Below are positions 47,720 to 54,978 of a stretch of 64,000 bases of DNA, piece by piece. The DNA is from an uncultured Candidatus Saccharibacteria bacterium (lineage in GTDB: Bacteria; Patescibacteriota; Saccharimonadia; Saccharimonadales; 2-12-FULL-41-12), in the NCBI GenBank assembly GCA_964648105.1, contig CAZYMH010000001.1, positions 143,999 through 207,998 on the forward strand. Reading direction: 5' to 3'. The position numbers and the translations under genes were made by a program. The first letter of the stretch is position 1. Each line of letters starts with the position of its first letter. The notes below the pieces were generated by a model that worked only from the letters and a program-made list of their open reading frames with translations, had not been told where the DNA came from and did not search any database.

Positions 47720-49603
47720 TTAGTAAAGAGTTGCACTTTTTGGCAAATGTGTACCTTCAAAAATCTTCATTACATCTTCGGCTTCGACAGTTTCGTTCTT
47801 GATAAGAGCATCTTTTAGTTTTTCTAGATAAGTCATGTTAGCCTTAATCACTTCTCTTGCCCGCTCGGCTGCTTCGCTGATTAGAGCTTCGATTTCATCA
47901 TCGATAATTTTAGCGGTTTGTTCAGAATATTGTTTTTCGTGAGTAATTTTCTCGAACATCATTCCACTCTCAACATGAAAAACTTGGTCACGAAGCTTTT
48001 TGCCCATACCTTGATTGACCACCATATCACGGGCTAGTTCAGCGGCTTTCTGCAGGTCAGAGCCAGCTCCAGTTGTAACTCTATCTTTGCCATAGACAAT
48101 TTCTTCGGCAATTCGTCCACCGAGCATACGCGATAGGACATCTTTGTACTCGATAATGCTGTGATAACTTTTGTCTTCTGGTGGGATAAACCAAGTTACA
48201 CCGCCAGTGCCACCACGAGGGATAATTGTAACTTTGTGGACCAAGTCGCTATCTGGCAAAACATGGCCAACCAAAGCATGCCCAGCTTCGTGGTAGGCGG
48301 TCAATTGCTTTTCGAAATCGTTCATAATCTTGCTTTTTCGTTCAGGACCAATCGCTACTTTTTCGAATGCCGAAGTGACAATATCGTTAGTAATCGTCTT
48401 TTGGTTTTTGCGAGCCGCCAGTATCGCTGCTTCATTAGCAATATTGGCCAAATCCGCACCAGAGCTGCCTGCTGTTTTGGCGGCTAAAGCATCTAGGTCG
48501 ACGGATTTTTCAAGAGGTTTTTTGGCAAAATGATTTTTCAAAATCTCGAGTCGATCTTTGCGATCAGGCAAAGTGATGTTGACTCGCCTATCAAATCGAC
48601 CAGGCCGAAGTAGTGCTGGGTCAAGTACATCGGCACGGTTGGTTGCGGCTAACACAATTACGTTCTGACCTTGCTCAAAACCATCCATTTCAACCAAAAT
48701 TTGGTTGAGTGTTTGTTCTCTTTCGTCGTGGCCGCCGCCCATGCCTGAGCCTCGTTTGCGACCAACTGCATCGATTTCGTCGATAAAGATTATACAAGGT
48801 GAATTTTTCTTGGCTTTAGCAAACAAATCACGCACTCTTGATGCACCTACACCGACAAACATCTCAACAAATTCCGACCCCGAAATACTAAAGAATGGAG
48901 CATTAGCCTCACCAGCTGTAGCTCGAGCCAACATAGTTTTACCAGTACCTGGTGGGCCAACTAGCAAAACTCCTTTAGGAATTTTTGCTCCCAAACCTTC
49001 GAATTTTTTAGGATATTTCAAAAATTCAACGACTTCTTCTAAATCTTGTTTCGCTTCATCATTGCCAGCAATATCTTTAAACGCAACTTTATCTTTGTCA
49101 TTACCATATAGCTTAGCTCGGCTTTTACCAAAACTAAGAGCTTGGTTGCCTTGGCCTTGTGCCGAACGCATCATATACAAAAGTACCCCAATTATTAGCA
49201 GAACAGGCAAAAAACTCACCAAAAAAGTAGTAATCAGTCCGCCACTATTCGATGGCTTAGTGTTTACAACTTCGACGGGGGCATCTACATTCAGACCTTG
49301 CTCATATATACTCGACGACACGTCTTTGCGACTCTTTTCAGTCGGCTTGTCTTTGTCTTTTGGCGTAATTTTAATATCGGCATCCTGAATCTCAATCTTC
49401 TTAATCTCCCCTTTATTTGCCCGAGTTATTACCTCAGAAAATGGCACATCTTTTAGTTTTGATGAACCAGAGTTAAGTGATGAGTAAAAAATCATCCCGA
49501 AAATCAATATTAGTACCACAAACCCAATATTTTTTAGCATGTTCTTATTGTTGGACATTTTGCCACCAGATGATTTTTTATTTGGACTAAATTTATTTGC
49601 CAT
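47720..49603 (-). CDS. ftsH: ATP-dependent zinc metalloprotease FtsH
   Basis: 627 aa with two TM helices, GPPGTGKT, a second region of homology, and the HEAGH zinc site. Confidence 0.96.
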   Translation of the reverse strand: MANKFSPNKKSSGGKMSNNKNMLKNIGFVVLILIFGMIFYSSLNSGSSKLKDVPFSEVITRANKGEIKKIEIQDADIKITPKDKDKPTEKSRKDVSSSIYEQGLNVDAPVEVVNTKPSNSGGLITTFLVSFLPVLLIIGVLLYMMRSAQGQGNQALSFGKSRAKLYGNDKDKVAFKDIAGNDEAKQDLEEVVEFLKYPKKFEGLGAKIPKGVLLVGPPGTGKTMLARATAGEANAPFFSISGSEFVEMFVGVGASRVRDLFAKAKKNSPCIIFIDEIDAVGRKRGSGMGGGHDEREQTLNQILVEMDGFEQGQNVIVLAATNRADVLDPALLRPGRFDRRVNITLPDRKDRLEILKNHFAKKPLEKSVDLDALAAKTAGSSGADLANIANEAAILAARKNQKTITNDIVTSAFEKVAIGPERKSKIMNDFEKQLTAYHEAGHALVGHVLPDSDLVHKVTIIPRGGTGGVTWFIPPEDKSYHSIIEYKDVLSRMLGGRIAEEIVYGKDRVTTGAGSDLQKAAELARDMVVNQGMGKKLRDQVFHVESGMMFEKITHEKQYSEQTAKIIDDEIEALISEAAERAREVIKANMTYLEKLKDALIKNETVEAEDVMKIFEGTHLPKSATLY

Positions 49604-49673
49604 ATATTAAACTTTTTCTCCCTGAATATCTATAATTAACGTTTCTTCATTATAACCAAAATCAACAAAACTA

Positions 49674-50558
49674 TTATACATCTTTATCTGTTACAAGCCT
49701 AATTTTGTCTTGACTCACCAGAAATCTGAAGTGTTTATCAATATCAAAAAAACTATTATTTTTAGCTGATTTTACATTTATAGTCAGCTTCTCAATCAAT
49801 TTTCGATCAAAATTTATTGAGTTTTTCCTCAGCCAAAATACCATCAATTCACAAGCGACTCTATGAGGTAAGCTTATAAACCTAATGCGATTTAGAGTGT
49901 TATCCTCTGGCTGACAATATTCCCAAACTTCACTTAAAATTAGCTGAGAATCTGAATGATTTTGTTTGATATTATTTATTAAACTAATCAAAATTTCACG
50001 GTTATCAGGAGAAACATCAGCTAGTTTTTTGCGTACGCGGTTGCGTAAATATTTATCCGAAACATTTGTGCTATCTTCTTGGTAAACTAAATTGTTTTGT
50101 CGAGCATAATCCAATATTTGTTGTTTAGTGTAACTTAGTAATGGCCGTAAATATTCTGGATTATAAATTGCAATCAGACCTTTACTGTGCGTACCTCTCA
50201 ATACATTTATTGCCGCTGTTTCCAGTAAATCATCTTGATGATGAGCCGTAATAATTTTGGCAGCTTGATATTTATCTTTTATTTCGTTCAAAAATTTATA
50301 ACGTCTTTGTCGAGCCGTTGCCTCAGAAGCCTCAGCACCCAAATTTTCGCGTTTGTACTCAAATTTTAGTTGATATTTTTTGGCTAACTCTTCTACAAAT
50401 AGCCTGTCAGCTTCTGAGTTCGGCCGTATACCATGATCAAAATGAGCCACCACCAAATCTAGTCCATTAATTTTGGTCAAACAATCCAAACAAACTACCG
50501 AGTCCACGCCGCCACTCACCGCCACCACATATTTATTTGGTTCTACATCTAGTTTCAT
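49674..50558 (-). CDS. tilS: tRNA(Ile)-lysidine synthase TilS (short form)
   Basis: 294 aa with a PP-loop VAVSGGVDSVV and HHQDD. Confidence 0.85.
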   Translation of the reverse strand: MKLDVEPNKYVVAVSGGVDSVVCLDCLTKINGLDLVVAHFDHGIRPNSEADRLFVEELAKKYQLKFEYKRENLGAEASEATARQRRYKFLNEIKDKYQAAKIITAHHQDDLLETAAINVLRGTHSKGLIAIYNPEYLRPLLSYTKQQILDYARQNNLVYQEDSTNVSDKYLRNRVRKKLADVSPDNREILISLINNIKQNHSDSQLILSEVWEYCQPEDNTLNRIRFISLPHRVACELMVFWLRKNSINFDRKLIEKLTINVKSAKNNSFFDIDKHFRFLVSQDKIRLVTDKDV

Positions 50559-50575
50559 CTTATAATTTTATCAGT

Positions 50576-51127
50576 ATGAGTTTAATTTTTTGCACTTCAA
50601 ACCAAGAAAAGTTAAAGCACGCCCAATTTGCCTGCCAAAAACATGGCATAAATTTGGTGCAAATAGACAACCAAATCGACGAAATCCAATCTGAAGACTT
50701 AGTAGCAATTATTAAGCATAAAGCTACAAGCATGTTTGATGCTATCCAAAAGCCGCTAGTTGTAAGCGACGACTCATGGTCAATCCCAGCCCTTAACGGT
50801 TTTCCGGGACCATACATGAAATCAATGAATCATTGGTTTACGGCCCAAGATTGGTTAAATATCATGCAAAGTTATACCAATAGACAAATCTTCCTCACCG
50901 CTCGATTAGCTTACATTGACAATAGTGGCTTAATCACAATTTTTGAAGAGACAGATGAATTGAAATTATTAAACTTTGCTTCCGAAAAACCAAGTATACC
51001 GATTTCACAAGTGGCCAGTCTCTTAGACAAAAACATTCCCCTATCTGAGCTACCTCAGGCCGAGTTTGAGAAATACTATGCTGGTCGAAAACTCTGGAAT
51101 GATTTTCTGAATTGGTATAAAAAATGA
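50576..51127 (+). CDS. Non-canonical purine NTP pyrophosphatase (HAM1/RdgB family)
   Basis: ATG 50576 gives MSLIFCTSNQEKLKH...EIQ...SDDSWSIPALNGFPGPY. The track start at 50537 would overlap tilS. Confidence 0.7.
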   Translation: MSLIFCTSNQEKLKHAQFACQKHGINLVQIDNQIDEIQSEDLVAIIKHKATSMFDAIQKPLVVSDDSWSIPALNGFPGPYMKSMNHWFTAQDWLNIMQSYTNRQIFLTARLAYIDNSGLITIFEETDELKLLNFASEKPSIPISQVASLLDKNIPLSELPQAEFEKYYAGRKLWNDFLNWYKK

Positions 51128-51666
51128 AGCACTTGTACTTTTTAAGGCACGGCGAGAGTGAGTTTAACAAAGCCAATACTTGGTCAGGCTCGAGCGATAC
51201 TCCCCTAACTTCAAAAGGTGTGGACCAAGCCAAACAAGCTGGGCAAAAGGCCCACAAAAAAGCACTTAAGTTCGATTTAATTATTACCTCACCGCTCTCT
51301 AGAGCCAAGCAAACCGCCCTAATATTTGCCGAGCAAATGGGCTATAATCAGTCCAAAGTTTTGGTTCGCAGTGACACCGTCGAGCGAAATTTTGGTGAGC
51401 TAGAGGGTAACAAAAATTTGGTAGCAAGCACAAAATACTTTATTGACGAAGCCTCAATCGACCAATACAAAGATGTAGAAAAACTAAAAGATTTGCAAAA
51501 ACGAGCTGATAAATTTTATGAATATTTAATGAGTTTGGACGCCGAAACAATTTTGGTGGTCGGCCATGGTGCATTTGGTCGAGCCCTGCGAAGGCGAATC
51601 AATAACCGACCACTGAGTGAACGTGGCTCGCCATTTCAAAATGCCGAACTAACCAAATTCGTCTAG
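51124..51666 (+). CDS. Histidine phosphatase family protein (phosphoglycerate mutase-like)
   Basis: 180 aa with LYFLRHGESEFN and VVGHGA motifs. Confidence 0.75.
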   Translation: MKHLYFLRHGESEFNKANTWSGSSDTPLTSKGVDQAKQAGQKAHKKALKFDLIITSPLSRAKQTALIFAEQMGYNQSKVLVRSDTVERNFGELEGNKNLVASTKYFIDEASIDQYKDVEKLKDLQKRADKFYEYLMSLDAETILVVGHGAFGRALRRRINNRPLSERGSPFQNAELTKFV

Positions 51667-51706
51667 CTAACAGATTGAATCTATGGTATATTGTTATAAT
51701 TAAATT

Positions 51707-51773
51707 AGATATGGCAGCGTAGCTCAGTTGGAGAGTCCTCAGCTAATAAAATTATAAAATGCTCTAACCAACT
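51707..51773 (+). pseudogene. tRNA-Met gene debris: duplicated 5' fragment plus inverted D-arm fragment
   Basis: AGATATGGCAGCGTAGCTCAGTTGG (51707-51731) repeats 51827-51851 exactly, 120 bp upstream. It decays after the D-loop. TGCTCTAACCAACT (51760-51773) is the exact reverse complement of tRNA positions 51846-51859. Confidence 0.7.
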
Positions 51774-51832
51774 AGTTCATCGATATGATTTAATTCACCT
51801 ATATAATTTCATGATATGATTAATTAAGATAT

Positions 51833-51909
51833 GGCAGCGTAGCTCAGTTGGTTAGAGCACAGGACTCATAAGCCTGGGGTCACTGGTTCAAATCCAGTCG
51901 CTGCTACCA
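51833..51909 (+). tRNA. tRNA-Met, elongator type (anticodon CAU), CCA encoded
   Basis: GGCAGCGTAGCTCAGTTGGTTAGAGCACAGGACTCATAAGCCTGGGGTCACTGGTTCAAATCCAGTCGCTGCTACCA. The D-arm and variable region closely resemble classical elongator tRNA-Met. A lysidine-modified tRNA-Ile2 cannot be fully excluded. Confidence 0.85.
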
Positions 51910-51917
51910 AACCAATT

Positions 51918-52961
51918 TTGAACAACATTGAATTTTTATCAAAACAAGCATATTTCCACGACGTAACTTCTCGTATTGCTAAATGTCAAAAGGGTGATTG
52001 TGTAGCTCTTGCTACTATGAATATCGACACGGGCGATTTAGTTACCGACTTATTTTTGGCACTCCAAACTGCTAGCCAAAAAGGAGCCGACATCTACCTC
52101 GCTTACGATGCCTATAACTACATTTCTTTCAACAAAAAAATACCTGGACCACTGTTTTTTAATACCAAAATGCCAAATAAAGTCGGCAAATTTTGGTCTA
52201 GATTATTTTCATCACTACAAAATTTAGAAACAGCTGGAGTCAAACTCAGCCTGACCAACGTACCAAAAAAACGTTTTTCAAGCCCATTTGGTGGTCGTTC
52301 ACATATCAAATATTGCCTAATCAACGACACCGTCTACATCGGTGGCTGCAATATATCTAGCACCCGAGACATTGATATAATGGTCAAAATTACTGACCCA
52401 AAACTAGCAAAAATTATTAAAGATTTAGCGATTGCCACACATAAAAATCCTAATATGCAAGAAGTGATTGGTAATGATAAGGCCATAAAAATTAATAATG
52501 ATTTAGACCTCCTATTAGATGCAGGTTACAAACATCAGTCGCTTATTTATGAAACTGCAAAAACGTTAATTACCTCAGCTACCAAAAATATTTTTATGAC
52601 TTGCCAATATTTCCCTAATAGCACAACTGCACAGCTGCTTGGGCGGGCAGTTAAAAATAGGATAGACGTAAAATTAATATTTAACTCGCCATTTAAGCAT
52701 GTTTTCCCGATATCAATTGTGCATTTTTTGGTCAAAAAATATGAACAACTTCGCTCACCTAAACAACTATTTTCTGGTCAGTTGCCCAGCAAAACTAATT
52801 TTATTCATGCCAAAGTGTTAATTAACGAAAAACAAGCTTTGGTTGGTTCTCATAATTATGTTAAACCAGGGGTAGATTTTGGTACTGCCGAAATTGCCTT
52901 GCATTTCAAGACAGCAAAATATAATCAATCGATCATTGACTGTATTAACAAACAAAAATGA
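51918..52961 (+). CDS. Phospholipase D superfamily protein with two HKD motifs
   Basis: 347 aa with HIKYCLINDTVYIGGCN and HAKVLINEKQALVGSHN. It has no TM helix. The TTG start lies 9 nt after the tRNA, so the true start is uncertain. Confidence 0.7.
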   Translation: MNNIEFLSKQAYFHDVTSRIAKCQKGDCVALATMNIDTGDLVTDLFLALQTASQKGADIYLAYDAYNYISFNKKIPGPLFFNTKMPNKVGKFWSRLFSSLQNLETAGVKLSLTNVPKKRFSSPFGGRSHIKYCLINDTVYIGGCNISSTRDIDIMVKITDPKLAKIIKDLAIATHKNPNMQEVIGNDKAIKINNDLDLLLDAGYKHQSLIYETAKTLITSATKNIFMTCQYFPNSTTAQLLGRAVKNRIDVKLIFNSPFKHVFPISIVHFLVKKYEQLRSPKQLFSGQLPSKTNFIHAKVLINEKQALVGSHNYVKPGVDFGTAEIALHFKTAKYNQSIIDCINKQK

Positions 52962-52989
52962 GCCTTTAAATACAAGACTCATTAGAGTT

Positions 52990-53015
52990 TTAAGCCATTT
53001 AAGCCATTTAAGCCA
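52990..53015. repeat. Tandem 9-bp repeat TTAAGCCAT, about 2.9 copies
   Basis: TTAAGCCAT TTAAGCCAT TTAAGCCA, read directly. It lies at the start of a ~650-bp ORF-free tract. Confidence 0.8.
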
Positions 53016-53613
53016 AGCTATGATAGAACTAAACTTGCTTTAATAAGGCGTCTACTTTGTGCAGAGCTGGATTCTCTGTCTCCGAGAATTCGTATGACAT
53101 TACAACTGATTTCATAATTTTTGTTTTTCCTTTTCTTTCATGAGTAGTCGAGAAGTTTGCAATTATTTTTACATAACGCAAACTTCTCTTTTAGAAGAGT
53201 TCCTCATGTTTTATCAACTTCTTACGAATGCTAAAGGCCAAATTTCTATCTTGTAGCTAAAAGCTAAAGAAGAGAATTAATTTAGTAGCAAAAACCGCAA
53301 AATTACTACTAAAATTGCTTGAAGCCCAATATAAATATTTGGCTAGCTAAGAAATTGGTGTTGATATTTTTGTTTTAGTCGACTAACACTTACTATTATA
53401 CACAAAAAGAGAAAAATGTCAAGTATCAAAAACCGCAAAATGATACTTAAACGCTGTATATAAATCGTATTTTATTTTTATTTTTGTTTTTGTACGACTA
53501 CACCCCTAGTTTAATAAAGCTTAATCATTTTTGCAAGCAAAAAATAAAATAACTTTTCCACCGTTTCAAATCTTATAAAATATCTAAATCAATGTTTGGA
53601 CGATTTTTATATA

Positions 53614-53874
53614 CTATTTTTTCTTGTGAAGACTAAGTGCCAAAATTATTTTTAGTACCAAATAAACAAAGCTTCCAGCAATCACGGCAAATACAAATGA
53701 GACAAGCAAATTGGAATCTTCAAACTGTTCTCGGTCATAAATATACAGGTACACTTTATACAAGCCCAGACAAAGCACCCCACCAACTATGGCCAATGAG
53801 ACTAAGCTTTTTCTAACAAACTCGCTAATCCTCGGCATAAAATAAACTATACAAGCCAATATCAATAACCTCAA
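53614..53874 (-). CDS. Small membrane protein (3 TM helices)
   Basis: 86-aa ORF made of hydrophobic helices with a C-terminal HKKK. Confidence 0.4.
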   Translation of the reverse strand: MRLLILACIVYFMPRISEFVRKSLVSLAIVGGVLCLGLYKVYLYIYDREQFEDSNLLVSFVFAVIAGSFVYLVLKIILALSLHKKK

Positions 53875-53914
53875 CCAATAAACCTAACATTTGCTCTTTT
53901 TCTTCGTAAAAAAA

Positions 53915-54097
53915 ACAAAAACCTATCCGAAGGATGGGATCTTGTTATGCGAAAAGGGGGCAGGACTCGGTCACCTTCGGCGACCCCGTCGCAACTTCTT
54001 TGCAAAACCAGTTTGCAAGAGTTGTCTCCCTTGCAGACTGCCACTGGCAGTCTTCACCTGCGACCTTTTTTGCGTCGGAGATTCGAGCCTGACTCCG
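53915..54097 (-). ncRNA. Candidate structured RNA / tRNA-fMet-derived element (unknown class)
   Basis: This GC-rich island has open ORFs in several frames, which are artefacts. It contains the tRNA-fMet 3' half (53956-53969 = 54144-54157; 54056-54067 = 54159-54170) split by an 86-nt insert. The insert carries perfect hairpins, for example AGACUGCC-AGU-GGCAGUCU and UUGCAAA-CUGG-UUUGCAA. The element ends in a CCCAUCC-UUCG-GGAUAGG hairpin plus U-run at about 53915-53945. Strand assignment is tentative. Confidence 0.35.
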
Positions 54098-54129
54098 TAC
54101 AAAAACAAAACTCCAGACAAGCTGGAGTT
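54098..54129 (-). terminator. Hairpin terminator directly after tRNA-fMet (could act on both strands)
   Basis: AACTCCAG (54109-54116) pairs with CTGGAGTT (54122-54129). The minus strand reads a TTTTGTTTTTG run after it. The plus strand reads CTATTTTT. Confidence 0.6.
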
Positions 54130-54136
54130 CTATTTT

Positions 54137-54211
54137 TGGTAGCGGGGGCAGGACTCGAACCTGCGACCTTGTGGTTATGAGCCACACGAGCTGCCACTGC
54201 TCTACCCCGCG
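54137..54211 (-). tRNA. Initiator-type tRNA-fMet (anticodon CAU), CCA encoded
   Basis: Reverse complement reads CGCGGGGTAGAGCAGTGGCAGCTCGTGTGGCTCATAACCACAAGGTCGCAGGTTCGAGTCCTGCCCCCGCTACCA. It has the CGCGGGG 5' end with an unpaired position 1 (C1:U72), as in bacterial initiators. The anticodon stem has only two G-C pairs next to the loop. Confidence 0.8.
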
Positions 54212-54356
54212 ATAATATAAATGTAGGATTCAATTCAACCCCTTTTAGTCCTAAATATATTAGCAAACAGGGGTGTATTTGTCAACTCTAGGCATTTAAA
54301 TAGATAGTTTAGAGGCAAATATAAAACTTGCCCCTAAAATCTAACTTCTTAGTAAA

Positions 54357-54929
54357 TTATTTGTCTTTGTCTTCTGAGCCTTTGATAGCTGACTCGATGA
54401 CGTCTCGAGGTAATGCAGCCGCTGACAATAATGCTTCGCGAACAGTACCTACCGCGTCGCCACCCAAATCGGTCGCTGCATTTAAAGCACCGCCAACAGC
54501 TGATTTGGCAGCTTCGGCAGTATCTGCTCCAACATCGCCAGCAGCTTTAATGGCACCTTGGACTGCTCCGACGGCAGCCTTGCCAACATCTCCACCTGTA
54601 TCTGACACACCTTTAACTACGCCCTGAGTTCCACCACTAGCAGCTTCGATCACATCGCCGCCAACTTCGCTAACGCCTTTGACTACACCACTGACTGTTG
54701 ATGCAGCAGTGTCGACTACTGAACCACCAACATTACCAACACCTTTGATTGCACCACTGGCTACCGAAGCGACAGTATCAATACCGCTACCAGCGACTTC
54801 GCCGCCGTCTCTAACTAAACCAACCACTTGGTCTTTGACTGTATCCGTTACGGCATCTAGAATGTTATCTACCCCATTTACTGCTGCAACTACAGCGTCT
54901 GATGCTTCTTTAATAATTCGATCAATCAT
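54357..54929 (-). CDS. Gly/Val/Ala-rich protein made of six tandem 22-aa repeats
   Basis: 190 aa. Residues 37-168 form six 22-aa units: GLVRDGGEVAGSGIDTVASVAS, GAIKGVGNVGGSVVDTAASTVS, GVVKGVSEVGGDVIEAASGGTQ, GVVKGVSDTGGDVGKAAVGAVQ, GAIKAAGDVGADTAEAAKSAVG, GALNAATDLGGDAVGTVREALL. There is no TM helix or signal peptide. SD is AAGGAGGGTAAAAATG. Confidence 0.6.
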   Translation of the reverse strand: MIDRIIKEASDAVVAAVNGVDNILDAVTDTVKDQVVGLVRDGGEVAGSGIDTVASVASGAIKGVGNVGGSVVDTAASTVSGVVKGVSEVGGDVIEAASGGTQGVVKGVSDTGGDVGKAAVGAVQGAIKAAGDVGADTAEAAKSAVGGALNAATDLGGDAVGTVREALLSAAALPRDVIESAIKGSEDKDK

Positions 54930-54978
54930 TTTTACCCTCCTTAACTTTCTAATACAACAATTATATCACTTAGGAATT

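Noticed and set aside
48705-49388. 227-aa plus-strand ORF, along with similar long antisense ORFs at 7319-7681, 40179-40514, 33655-34149, 35560-36165, 36802-37343 and 55580-55954
   Set aside because: Each lies entirely antisense to a confidently identified gene (ftsH, rny, dnaK, the lyase-like genes, dnaJ, the bactofilin-like gene). They have low-complexity S/L/P-rich translations and no start context. They are shadow ORFs.
52990-53015. Tandem TTAAGCCAT repeats as a possible CRISPR array
   Set aside because: The unit is only 9 bp, there are fewer than 3 copies, there are no spacers, and there are no cas genes in the window.
53915-54097. Identification of the structured element as tmRNA, SRP (4.5S) RNA, RNase P RNA or 6S RNA
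   Set aside because: It has no GGGG...CCACCA tRNA-like ends or tag ORF (tmRNA). It has no GUCAGGUCCGGAAGGAAGCAGC helix-8 motif (SRP). It has no GAGGAAAGUCC-type conserved regions and is far too short (RNase P). There is no end-to-end closing stem or central bubble that I can build (6S). It is left as unknown/tRNA-derived.
53891-54266. Four overlapping track ORFs (53891-54142, 53945-54187, 53947-54180, 54054-54266) and ORF 2610-2795
   Set aside because: They overlap tRNA genes and a GC-rich structured region and are open in several frames at once. They are artefacts of stable-RNA sequence rather than proteins.
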